Shown: piece after piece, positions 18,761 to 26,994 of the stretch
Numbering within the stretch: the first letter of the stretch is position 1
How the letters are laid out: each line of letters opens with the position of its first letter
Origin: Paraliomyxa miuraensis
Lineage (GTDB): Bacteria; Myxococcota_A; Polyangia; Nannocystales; Nannocystaceae
Assembly: GCF_026337845.1 (NCBI RefSeq)
Contig: NZ_JAOVZF010000146.1
Coordinates: 121,015-185,014 of the forward strand
Direction of reading: 5' to 3'
DNA length: 64,000 nucleotides
Translations under genes and position numbers: made by a program
Notes under the pieces: generated by a model
Told to the model about the DNA's origin: nothing
The model's input: the letters and a program-made list of their open reading frames with translations, nothing else
Database searches by the model: none

Positions 18761-19042
18761 ATGAGTGATGAATCGAAGAAGCTGAGGAAGCTCGCCACGG
18801 GGAGCGAGAAGTTGACCAAGATCGACCTCGAGCACCTCGAGAAGGTGACGGGCGGCGTGGCCTACGATCCGTGCAATGCGGCGTACGACGCCTGCAACGC
18901 GGCGTACGACGCCTGCAATGCGGCGTACAATCCGTGCAACGCGGCGTACGACGCCTGCAACGCGGCATACGACGCCTGCAATGCGGCGTATGACGCCTGC
19001 AATGCGGCGTACGACGCCTGCAATGCGGCCTATCGCCCCTAG
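18761..19042 (+). CDS. repeat-core precursor peptide (93 aa): double-glycine leader plus eight tandem AYD(A/P)CNA heptads
   Basis: ATG 18761 preceded by GGGAGAG. Leader is MSDESKKLRKLATGSEKLTKIDLEHLEKVTGG (K/E-rich, ends GG). Core is VAYDPCNA-(AYDACNA)x2-AYNPCNA-(AYDACNA)x4-AYRP. Local GC is markedly lower than the flanks. In frame within track ORF 18557..19042, but the upstream 68 codons have no SD and are rejected. Confidence 0.6.
   Translation: MSDESKKLRKLATGSEKLTKIDLEHLEKVTGGVAYDPCNAAYDACNAAYDACNAAYNPCNAAYDACNAAYDACNAAYDACNAAYDACNAAYRP
18860..19027 (+). repeat. 8 x 21-bp tandem repeat (gcgtacgacgcctgcaaygcg) encoding the heptad core
   Basis: Eight contiguous 21-nt units. They differ almost only at synonymous third positions (caat/caac, gcg/gca, tac/tat) plus two D->N/P substitutions. 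No spacers are present. Confidence 0.8.
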
Positions 19043-19056
19043 ACCAACGACCCTGC

Positions 19057-19081
19057 GCGCTGCGGGGCTCGCCCCCAGCGC
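19057..19081 (+). terminator. GC-rich hairpin immediately after precursor stop (possible attenuator or terminator; no U-tract)
   Basis: gcgctgcgggg-ctcg-cccccagcgc forms a ~10-bp stem with one mismatch and a 4-nt loop. It sits 15 nt after the TAG. Confidence 0.25.
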
Positions 19082-19105
19082 CTCTTGCCACGAAGGAATG
19101 CACCA

Positions 19106-19846
19106 ATGTCGCTCGCAGAGACGATCCTCGATGCCATGAAGGACGGTGGGGTCGAGCCCCTCCCCCAGTATGCCGCTTGCCTCCGCGACGCCTTCGCCGC
19201 GGCACCTCCGCCGTTCGAGCGGCCGTGGTACGGCAAGAAGTTCTTTCGGCTCGCCAAGAACAAGCAGTGGCTCGCCGAGAGCCTGGTGGGCAATTCGAAC
19301 AAGGAGGGGATCGGCTCGCGCAGCCTCTGGCGCCTCGCTGGGTGTGCCGCCGACGAGCGCATTGCGGATCTCGTGCGGTTGCACGCGATCGACGAGTCTC
19401 GACACGCACTCCTCTATGTGTCCTTGCTCGACATGACCTTCGCCATCACTCCGGAGATCAAGTCTCGGCTGCAAGAGCACTCCCCGCGGTTCGGCAAGAA
19501 GGATCGACCCGAGCGCGCGGTCGAGACCCAGTCGGAGTGGCGGACGCTCGACGAGCTCATCCAGATGAACATCGGCGAGATCCGCACGCGGGTGAATCAG
19601 ACCCTGTTTCGGCCCGCGCTGCTCGGGTACGCGGTGGAGGAGCACCACGAGCCGGTCGGCAAGGTCATGGACCGACTGCTCGCCGACGAGACCGCGCACA
19701 TCGCGTACACGGCCCGGTTGCTCGAGGAGGCCATGAGTGCGGGCAAGGGCGCTTTCGTTCGTGATACCATGAAGAAGCGACTGTCCCAGTTCAACGACAT
19801 CACACACAACGAAGTGGGCAGCGAAGAAGAATTCGAGGGTAGCTGA
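19106..19846 (+). CDS. putative ferritin-like / di-iron carboxylate protein (246 aa)
   Basis: Two half-sites each contain an upstream Glu and a D-E-x-x-H motif: ...NKEG...HAIDESRHA... and ...VEEHHE...LADETAHIAY.... These are spaced as in four-helix-bundle di-iron enzymes (MiaE-like or ferritin-like). ATG 19106, with aagga ~13 nt upstream. Confidence 0.5.
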   Translation: MSLAETILDAMKDGGVEPLPQYAACLRDAFAAAPPPFERPWYGKKFFRLAKNKQWLAESLVGNSNKEGIGSRSLWRLAGCAADERIADLVRLHAIDESRHALLYVSLLDMTFAITPEIKSRLQEHSPRFGKKDRPERAVETQSEWRTLDELIQMNIGEIRTRVNQTLFRPALLGYAVEEHHEPVGKVMDRLLADETAHIAYTARLLEEAMSAGKGAFVRDTMKKRLSQFNDITHNEVGSEEEFEGS

Positions 19847-19849
19847 GCC

Positions 19850-20272
19850 ATGACCAACGAGCTGCGGATCGAGCGTCTCACCCCCGAGCAAGCCACCGAT
19901 GCATTCGAGGTGGTGGTCGAGCTTCGCACGCACCTCGACCAGGGCGAGTACGCGCGGCGGCTCGCGCTGCAGCGGGCGGCCGGCTACGAGCTGGTGGGGG
20001 CGTTCGAGGGCGATCGCATCGTGGGCGTGCTCGGCATGCGCAGGGTCGACACCCTCGCGCGGGGACCCCACCTGCATGTCGATGATCTCGTGGTGCGAAG
20101 CTCCCACCGGGGCCGGGGGATCGGCAAGCAGCTGCTGGGCTTTGCCGAGCAGGATGCCCGCGAGCGCGGGCTGGTGGCGCTGTTCCTGGACAGCCGCCAG
20201 GAGGTGATCGGCTTCTACGAGCACCTCGGCTATGGAGCCCATGCGGCCCTGCTCATGCGGAAGCCCTTGTGA
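19850..20272 (+). CDS. GNAT-family N-acetyltransferase (140 aa)
   Basis: Acetyl-CoA motif VVRSSHRGRGIGKQLL (Q/RxxGxG/A). Starts 4 nt after the stop of the upstream gene. Confidence 0.75.
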   Translation: MTNELRIERLTPEQATDAFEVVVELRTHLDQGEYARRLALQRAAGYELVGAFEGDRIVGVLGMRRVDTLARGPHLHVDDLVVRSSHRGRGIGKQLLGFAEQDARERGLVALFLDSRQEVIGFYEHLGYGAHAALLMRKPL

Positions 20273-21024
20273 AGGCCGCGGCGTACGACCGGATCTACGG
20301 CAACGCCATCCACGCGGAGCTGGCCACCCTGGGGCCCGAGGAGCTGACCGATCCCAGGGTCCTCGGCCTCAGCAACGGGTTCCTCGTCTTCGAGGATCTC
20401 ACCCGCGTGCTCGAGCAGCTCCGCGGCGCGCTGGCGGCGGGGGAGCGCGAGCATCCGCTGCTCCTCGACCTCGGCTGCGGGCGTGGCGGGATCGGACGAT
20501 GGCTGGCCACGCGGCTGGGAGCCCGGCTCGTGGGCGTGGATGGCTCCGAGGTCGCGATCGCCCAGGCGAGGTCGAGCGCGAGCCCGGAGGGGCACGAGCG
20601 CTTCGTGGTGGGAGACTTCGCGGCCACGGGGCTCGCGGCGGGCTCGGTTGCGGCCGCGTTCTCCCATGACGCGCTCTACATGGCCGAGGAGCCCGCCGCC
20701 GCGCTGGCCGAGGCTCACCGCGTGCTCCGCCCCGCGGGGGTGCTCGCCTTCACGACCTATAGCTCGGTGTCCACGCCCTGGGAGGCGCTGGCGGAGCGCA
20801 GCGGCTTCGTGGTGGAGCAGGTCGACGAGCTCACGGCACGCTGGCGCGCGGTCATGCGGGCCAAGCACGAGCGCCGCTGGTCGATGCGGCACGTGCTCAG
20901 GGCTCGCCACGGTCGCAGCGTGGAGCCCGAGCTGAGCGTGACCGCCTCCATGCTGGGCCTGGGTGGGCGTCGCTCGGCGATCGAGCACATCGAGCGCAGG
21001 TCGCTGCTGCTGCGGCGCGGCTGA
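20269..21024 (+). CDS. class I SAM-dependent methyltransferase (251 aa)
   Basis: Motif I LLDLGCGRGG and motif II/post-I VGVDGSEVAI. GTG start overlaps the GNAT stop (GTGA), which suggests translational coupling. Confidence 0.7.
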   Translation: MKAAAYDRIYGNAIHAELATLGPEELTDPRVLGLSNGFLVFEDLTRVLEQLRGALAAGEREHPLLLDLGCGRGGIGRWLATRLGARLVGVDGSEVAIAQARSSASPEGHERFVVGDFAATGLAAGSVAAAFSHDALYMAEEPAAALAEAHRVLRPAGVLAFTTYSSVSTPWEALAERSGFVVEQVDELTARWRAVMRAKHERRWSMRHVLRARHGRSVEPELSVTASMLGLGGRRSAIEHIERRSLLLRRG

Positions 21025-21050
21025 GCGCGGCCAATCCGATCAGAGGGCGC

Positions 21051-22115
21051 TCATGTGGACGGCCCGCGTGGGTGCCCGAGCGCCTCGAGCTCGTCGAGGA
21101 AGGCGATGCGATCGGGGGCGACGCGTAGGGCATCCTCGGCCGCGACTCGACCATCGCCGACCAGCTGGAGCAGCTGTGCCTGCATGCTCGGGGTGAGCCG
21201 GTGGAGCCAGGGCAGGGGCGCATCGCGGTCCCGGTCTCGGATCGCGACGGGGCCATGGACCTCGTGTGCGGCGTGCCAGCCGCGGCCGTGCGCATCGGGG
21301 AGCAGGCGCTGGAGCACCACGCCTCGCAGCAGCCGCTCCAGGGTCGGCAGCGCAGCTGCCACGCACGATGGCGACAGCGCATGGGTGAGCTCGTCGACGA
21401 GGGCACCGACGTCGTGGGCTGCGATGGACGCGAGCACGAGCACGCCGGCCTCGGCGGCGGCGAGCACCCGCTCGATGGCGGACTGCGGTGGATCGCGAGC
21501 GACGAGCACCGACGGGCCGAGATCGATCGCGAGGTCGAGCCCCTCCTCGTGGGATGCCACGTCGCGCCCGATCTCGAGCTGGGTGCAGGGTCCGTGCTCG
21601 GAGCGGAGCACGAACTTGGTGGGCTCTTCTACGGTGACGACGTGCTCGTCTCGCGAGCGTACGATGTGGCCGATCATGGCCGCCAGGGTGGTGGACTTGC
21701 CCGAGCGCTGGGGGCCCGTCACGAGCACCAGGCCACGCGGCTGCTCGGTCAGCTCGAGCAGCGCACCGGGGAGGCCAAGGGCGACGGGATCGGGCAGCCG
21801 GTCGGGGAGACGATGGATGTTGGCGGCCACGCCGGTCGCGGTGCGGAAGAACACCGCGCGCAGGCGGGCGCCGCCGAGCGCGAGCGTGAGCGCGACGCAG
21901 CCGCTGCGGTCGAAGCGGCTGCGCTGGGTCGGGGTGGCTTCTGCGTCCAGTAGCTCGAGCACGGCGTTGCTCGGGACCGGCGGGCCGACGACCCCATGGC
22001 CCGTGGTGGTGGTGGTGCGCGGCTCTTGCTCGCCCGTGATGTAGAGATCCGAGCCGCCGCTGCGCACGTGCTCGAGCAAGAGCTCGTGGACTCGTCCCAC
22101 GGTCATGGCGTCCAC
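21051..22115 (-). CDS. PilT/PilU-family ATPase paralogue (354 aa)
   Basis: Walker A GPQRSGKSTT, Asp box TVEEP, His box and VLVARD Walker B-like segment. Size matches PilT. Confidence 0.65.
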   Translation of the reverse strand: MDAMTVGRVHELLLEHVRSGGSDLYITGEQEPRTTTTTGHGVVGPPVPSNAVLELLDAEATPTQRSRFDRSGCVALTLALGGARLRAVFFRTATGVAANIHRLPDRLPDPVALGLPGALLELTEQPRGLVLVTGPQRSGKSTTLAAMIGHIVRSRDEHVVTVEEPTKFVLRSEHGPCTQLEIGRDVASHEEGLDLAIDLGPSVLVARDPPQSAIERVLAAAEAGVLVLASIAAHDVGALVDELTHALSPSCVAAALPTLERLLRGVVLQRLLPDAHGRGWHAAHEVHGPVAIRDRDRDAPLPWLHRLTPSMQAQLLQLVGDGRVAAEDALRVAPDRIAFLDELEALGHPRGPST

Positions 22116-23365
22116 CCACGCTCGCGGAGGGACCGTACCGAGCGTTCAATGTCGAGCATCCCCTGTGACTCGCCGGCCTGCAGCACCGAGCGGACCTCGT
22201 GGAAGCGTCCCTGCCGGATGACGCCGGAGAGATGATCGTTGACGAGCATCAGCTCGACCGCCGGTACCAGGCCCCCGCCGGTCCGCGCGAGCAGTCGCTG
22301 ACACACGACGGCGCGGAGGGTTCGGCCGAGCTCGCCACGCAGCCACTCGCGCTCCTCGCTGCCGACCCGCTCGGTTGCCCAGCACAGCGTGGACGCGACG
22401 TCGGTGGCACGAACCACTCCATAGACCAGGTGACCGATGGTGGCCAGGTGGAGCGCGGCCCGCAGGTCCGCCTCACCATGCAGAGGATCGACCAGCAGCA
22501 GGCTGGGCCGATGCGCGGCGGGGCGGAACACCTGCTCCAGCCCCTCGGAGGGCAAGCGCTGTCGCTGCTGCACGACCGAGCGCTTGGAGCGGTGCTCGTG
22601 CTCCACGAGGCGCTCGGCGGTGAGGACCAGCTCGGAGCGATCCTCGTTGACGAGATCGATGAGCGCGGCCGCAGTCGAGGACTTGCCGCTGGTGAGCGCG
22701 CCCCCGATCAGCACGAGCCCGCGCTCGAAGGTGGCGAGGCGAGCGAGGGCGGCGGGCAGAGCGAGCGACGAGAGCGTGGGAGGTTGGGCCGGGAGCACCC
22801 GGAAGGTGGCCGCCAGGCCGCCCTCACCGGCATGGATCATCGCGCGGAAGCGTGCTTCGCCCGCATGCTCGATCATGAAGCGGACGCAGCCGCTTTGGTC
22901 GAGCGCGCGACGGCGCTCGTCGGTGAGCAGGTCGGCGACCAACGAGCGCAGGACCGCTCCCGAGAGCGCCTCGTCGCTGGCGTCGTGATAGCGCCCGTGG
23001 GCGCGAGCTCGCGCCGGCTCACCGCTCGTCAGGAACAGATCGTTGACGCCCGCCTGCGCGCATGCGCCGAGCATCGGCCGCAGCCCCGCGTCGAGCTGCA
23101 GGCGCACGGGAGTGGGGAGCGGTCGGTCGGCGTCGCGAGCTCGGGCGGATCCGAGCGGTGTCTCTTGCTGCAATTGGAGCAGCCGGGCCAGGCCCGCCGA
23201 GTCGAGGTGACCGAGCTCGACGAGGATGTCACCGAGGCGCCGCGCGCCATCCGAGCGCCCCTGCACGCGCACGGCGGCCTCGAGCTGCGCGACCGAGATC
23301 AACCCTTCGCGTAGCGCAAGCCGTCCGATCAGCGGGGACTCGATCACGGGCCAAGCCTTCACCAA
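22103..23365 (-). CDS. PilT/GspE-like ATPase with N-terminal GspE-N-type extension (420 aa)
   Basis: N-terminal LALREGLISVAQLEAAVRVQ segment (T2SS-E N-terminal-like). Walker A GALTSGKSST. Its stop overlaps the start of the downstream PilT-like gene by 13 nt. Confidence 0.65.
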   Translation of the reverse strand: MVKAWPVIESPLIGRLALREGLISVAQLEAAVRVQGRSDGARRLGDILVELGHLDSAGLARLLQLQQETPLGSARARDADRPLPTPVRLQLDAGLRPMLGACAQAGVNDLFLTSGEPARARAHGRYHDASDEALSGAVLRSLVADLLTDERRRALDQSGCVRFMIEHAGEARFRAMIHAGEGGLAATFRVLPAQPPTLSSLALPAALARLATFERGLVLIGGALTSGKSSTAAALIDLVNEDRSELVLTAERLVEHEHRSKRSVVQQRQRLPSEGLEQVFRPAAHRPSLLLVDPLHGEADLRAALHLATIGHLVYGVVRATDVASTLCWATERVGSEEREWLRGELGRTLRAVVCQRLLARTGGGLVPAVELMLVNDHLSGVIRQGRFHEVRSVLQAGESQGMLDIERSVRSLRERGWTP

Positions 23366-23366
23366 G

Positions 23367-24755
23367 ATGGCTCACCAAAGAGGATGGTTGGGGCGTACCC
23401 GAGCGCACCCGAGCACCCGAATACTATACGATGCCGCCTCGAGCACTTCCACCGACGGTCGACGTCGTCGTGATGTTTCCGTGGCCAGCAAGTCCAGCCA
23501 TGTGTTTCGCAAGATCGCGCTCGAGCGCATCTCGTCGCCCGAGCACCTCGATCGTCAGCTCGTCTTGATTCGGCCCAGGGAGTGGCTCGCTGCGGTCGTC
23601 CTCGCCGTGCTCACCGGCTGCGTGATCGCCTGGTCGATCGCGGGATCGCTGCCCACCAACGTGGAGGCCGAGGGCATCATCATTCGTCAGGGAGGCATGC
23701 AGGAGGTGGTCTCGTTGGCGATGGGTCAGGTCACGGTGGTGCACCCCAAGGTCGGTGACTTCGTGGCCGAGGGCGAGGCCATCGCCGAGCTCGCGCAGAC
23801 CGAGCTGATCACGGAGATCGACAACAAGCAGGCCCAGCTCAGCGAGCTGAGGATCAGGCATCAGGAGCTCCTGGCCTTTGGCACCGCGAACATCGCCAAG
23901 CGTGCCCGGCAGACGAAGATCGAGCGCGACAACCTGCGTCGCGATATCGACTCGGCGCGGCGGAGGCTCGAGTGGTTGAAGAAGAAGCTCGTCAACCAAC
24001 AGGCACTCCATGCGCAAGGCATCGTGCTCGAGGACGAGGTCCAGCAGACGCGGCTCGAGATCGCCGATGAGGAGGCCGACGTTCGGGCGTGGCAAGCCCT
24101 GCTCGGGGAGACCAGCGTGGCGGGCGAGGAGCAGCAAGAGCAGCGCCTCGTCGACATCCAGACCAGCGAGATGAGGATCCACGAGGCCGAGCGAGCGCTG
24201 CGCGCCCTACAAGACCGCCTGCAGCAGAACTCCACGGTGACGAGCCCCCATGCGGGACGCGTGATCGAGCAGCGCGTCAACCCCGGGGATCTCGTGGCGC
24301 CCGGGTCCCCGATCCTCAGCATCGATCCCACGACGGTCGACGTCGATCCCGCGGAGCTCGAGGTGCTGCTCTACGTGCGAGCCACCGAGGGCAAGAAGAT
24401 CCGGTCGGGCATGCGCGTGAGGATCTCGCCATCGACGGCCAAGCGCGAGGAATTCGGCTTCATCGAGGGCGAGGTCTCGTCGGTCTCGCAGTTCCCCGCG
24501 TCGCGACGCGGCATGCTGCGGATGCTCGGCAACGAGGAGCTGGTGGTACAGTTCCTCGCGGGCGGACCGGCGCTCGCCGTCATCGCCACGCTGTCGCAAG
24601 ACCCCACCACGTCCAGCGGGTTCGAGTGGTCGTCGGGCGAGGGCCCCGATGAACCGCTGACCTCGGGGACGCCGTGCACGGCCACGATCACCGTGCGCGA
24701 GCAAGCGCCGATCACCCTGGTCCTGCCCGCGCTGCGCAAGGCGCTCGGGAGCTGA
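23367..24755 (+). CDS. HlyD-family membrane fusion / secretion protein (start uncertain: ATG 23367 or GTG 23481)
   Basis: Conserved N-terminal FRKIALERISSPEHLDRQLVLIRPREW, then a single TM (LAAVVLAVLTGCVIAWSIAG). A long coiled-coil region and C-terminal beta domain follow. Immediately upstream of, and 8 nt from, a C39-ABC transporter gene. Confidence 0.75.
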   Translation: MAHQRGWLGRTRAHPSTRILYDAASSTSTDGRRRRDVSVASKSSHVFRKIALERISSPEHLDRQLVLIRPREWLAAVVLAVLTGCVIAWSIAGSLPTNVEAEGIIIRQGGMQEVVSLAMGQVTVVHPKVGDFVAEGEAIAELAQTELITEIDNKQAQLSELRIRHQELLAFGTANIAKRARQTKIERDNLRRDIDSARRRLEWLKKKLVNQQALHAQGIVLEDEVQQTRLEIADEEADVRAWQALLGETSVAGEEQQEQRLVDIQTSEMRIHEAERALRALQDRLQQNSTVTSPHAGRVIEQRVNPGDLVAPGSPILSIDPTTVDVDPAELEVLLYVRATEGKKIRSGMRVRISPSTAKREEFGFIEGEVSSVSQFPASRRGMLRMLGNEELVVQFLAGGPALAVIATLSQDPTTSSGFEWSSGEGPDEPLTSGTPCTATITVREQAPITLVLPALRKALGS

Positions 24756-24762
24756 GCTGGCC

Positions 24763-26994
24763 GTGACGAGCGCCTTCCTCCGCACGTGGTTCGGGATCGG
24801 GAGCACTCCCACGGTGCTCCAGATGGAGTCGACCGAGTGCGGTGCCGCGTGCCTCGGCATCATCCTCGCGCACTTCGGTCGCTACGTGCCCCTCGAGCAG
24901 CTGAGGGAGGATTGCGGGGTATCACGCGACGGCAGCTCGGCCAGCAACATCGCCAAGGCTGCACGCTCGTATGGTCTCGAGGTCGAGGCGTTCAGCGGAG
25001 AGCCCGGGGCCCTGCACGAGCTTCACTTTCCGCTCATCGCCCACTGGAACTTCAACCACTTCGTGGTGGTCGAGGCGGTCGGGAACGATCGAGCCTACCT
25101 CAACGATCCAGCCACGGGTCCCCGCACCATCGGTCTGGACGAGCTCGACGAGTCGTTCACAGGGGTGGTGCTCGCGTTTCGGCCCGGGCCTGGCTTCGAG
25201 CGCGGGGGCGTCCGGAGCTCGGTGGTGCGGAGCCTCCGCGAGCGGCTCCCCGGCGCCCGCCTGGGCATCGCCTATGTGATCCTGCTGGGCGCGTTGCTGG
25301 TGGCACCCGGTCTGCTGATCCCGGTGTTCTCCAAGGTGTTCATCGACGAGATCCTCGTGGCGGGCAAGACCGAGTGGATCATTCCGCTCGTCGTCGCGGT
25401 GATCGTCGCCTACGGCGCCCGCACCACGATCTCGATGCTGCGGCGCCTCGCGCTGCTCAAGCTCTCGCTGCGCATCGAGGTTACCGGCTCGAGCCGGTTC
25501 ATGTGGCACGTGCTTCGACTACCCGTGCGGTTCTTCGACGCGCGGCTCGCCGGAGACATCGCGAGCCGCCTGCGGGTCAACGACACGCTCGCCACCGTGA
25601 TCTCCGGGCGACTGGCCGAGGCCGTGCTCAACCTGCTGCTGGCCGCGTTCTTCGGCGCGATGCTGGCCTACTACGACGGGTTGCTGGCGGCCGTGGTGTT
25701 CGTGTTCGCCGCGCTGCACCTCATTACGCTCAAGCTGCTCGTGCGGCGGCGCGTCAATCATGCGCGGCGCATGGAGAAGGAGATCGCCGCGCTGGCGGGG
25801 GTCTCGATGGGCGGGCTGCAGCTCATCGAGAGCATCAAGGCGAGCGGCTCGGAGCCCGACTTCTTCTCGCGCTGGTCGGGCCACTACGCGCGCAGCGTCT
25901 CGGTGCAGCAGCAGTATCGCGAGGCCAACCTCGTCTACGATGCCGTGCCGTCGTTGCTGTCGCTGCTCGAGCGCTACCTCGTCCTCGGCATCGGAGCGCT
26001 GCGCGTCATGGACGGCGATCTCACGCTGGGCACGCTGGTGGCGTTCCAGTCGATCGCCAGCAGCTTCATGGAGCCCGTGCGGGGAGTCGCCGGGTTCGCG
26101 ACCGAGCTACAGACCCTCGACAGCGGCCTCTCTCGGCTCGACGACGTGCTCTCCCACCCTCCCGATCCGTTGCTCGAAGACCCGGTGCTCGAGGATCCGC
26201 GGCTCGAGGATCCGCGGCTCGAGGCCGCGAACGGGCACTCGGCGACGAGCGAGGTGGTGCCAGCGGGACGATTGACGGGCCGGCTCGTGCTCGAAGACCT
26301 CTCGTTCGGCTACAGTCGTCTCGCGGCTCCGGTGCTCTCGGACCTGAGCCTCGTGCTCGAGCCTGGCCACCGCGTGGCGGTGGTGGGGTCCTCGGGCAGC
26401 GGCAAGTCGACCCTCGTCAAGCTGCTGTGCGGGCTCTACGAGCCCTGGGAGGGGCGCATGCTGCTCGGGGGCTTCGATCGACGACGGCTGCCTCGCTCGG
26501 TCGTCAATCGCACGATCGGCCTGGTCAGCCAGGACATCAGCCTCTTCGAGGGCACCGTGCGCGAGAACATCACGATGTGGGATCCCACGGTCCCCGAGCA
26601 GGTGATGATGGACGCGGCTCGCGACGCCGCGATCCACGACGAGATCATGTCGCGGGTCGGCGGCTACGACAGCCGGGTGGAGGAGGGCGGTCGCAACTTC
26701 AGTGGTGGGCAGCGGCAGCGCCTCGAGATCGCGCGAGTCCTGGCCCAGTCACCCAGCCTGCTGGTGCTCGACGAGGCCACCAGCGCGCTCGACCCCGCCA
26801 CGGAGAAGCTGGTCGACGACAACCTGCGGCGCAGGGGCTGTACGTGTGTGGTCGTGGCCCACCGGCTCAGCACGATCCGCGATTGCAACGAGATCATCGT
26901 GCTCGATCGGGGCGTGGCGGTCGAGCGAGGGACCCATGAACAGCTGGTGCGGCAGGCGGGCCCGTACGTGGGGTTGATCCGCTCGGTGGAATGA
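24763..26994 (+). CDS. ABC transporter with N-terminal C39 peptidase domain (bacteriocin/RiPP double-glycine leader processing exporter, 743 aa)
   Basis: C39 catalytic Cys in QMESTECGAACLGIILAHFG with downstream His/Asp (HWNFNHFVVVEAVGND). Six-TM permease. Walker A GSSGSGKST, signature FSGGQRQRL, Walker B LLVLDEATSALD. Confidence 0.85.
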   Translation: MTSAFLRTWFGIGSTPTVLQMESTECGAACLGIILAHFGRYVPLEQLREDCGVSRDGSSASNIAKAARSYGLEVEAFSGEPGALHELHFPLIAHWNFNHFVVVEAVGNDRAYLNDPATGPRTIGLDELDESFTGVVLAFRPGPGFERGGVRSSVVRSLRERLPGARLGIAYVILLGALLVAPGLLIPVFSKVFIDEILVAGKTEWIIPLVVAVIVAYGARTTISMLRRLALLKLSLRIEVTGSSRFMWHVLRLPVRFFDARLAGDIASRLRVNDTLATVISGRLAEAVLNLLLAAFFGAMLAYYDGLLAAVVFVFAALHLITLKLLVRRRVNHARRMEKEIAALAGVSMGGLQLIESIKASGSEPDFFSRWSGHYARSVSVQQQYREANLVYDAVPSLLSLLERYLVLGIGALRVMDGDLTLGTLVAFQSIASSFMEPVRGVAGFATELQTLDSGLSRLDDVLSHPPDPLLEDPVLEDPRLEDPRLEAANGHSATSEVVPAGRLTGRLVLEDLSFGYSRLAAPVLSDLSLVLEPGHRVAVVGSSGSGKSTLVKLLCGLYEPWEGRMLLGGFDRRRLPRSVVNRTIGLVSQDISLFEGTVRENITMWDPTVPEQVMMDAARDAAIHDEIMSRVGGYDSRVEEGGRNFSGGQRQRLEIARVLAQSPSLLVLDEATSALDPATEKLVDDNLRRRGCTCVVVAHRLSTIRDCNEIIVLDRGVAVERGTHEQLVRQAGPYVGLIRSVE

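Noticed and set aside
18860-19039. 21-bp tandem repeat array considered as a CRISPR-like or minisatellite element
   Set aside because: No spacers. Units are contiguous, in frame, and conserved at the amino-acid level within an ORF that has a proper leader. It is interpreted as a coding repeat.
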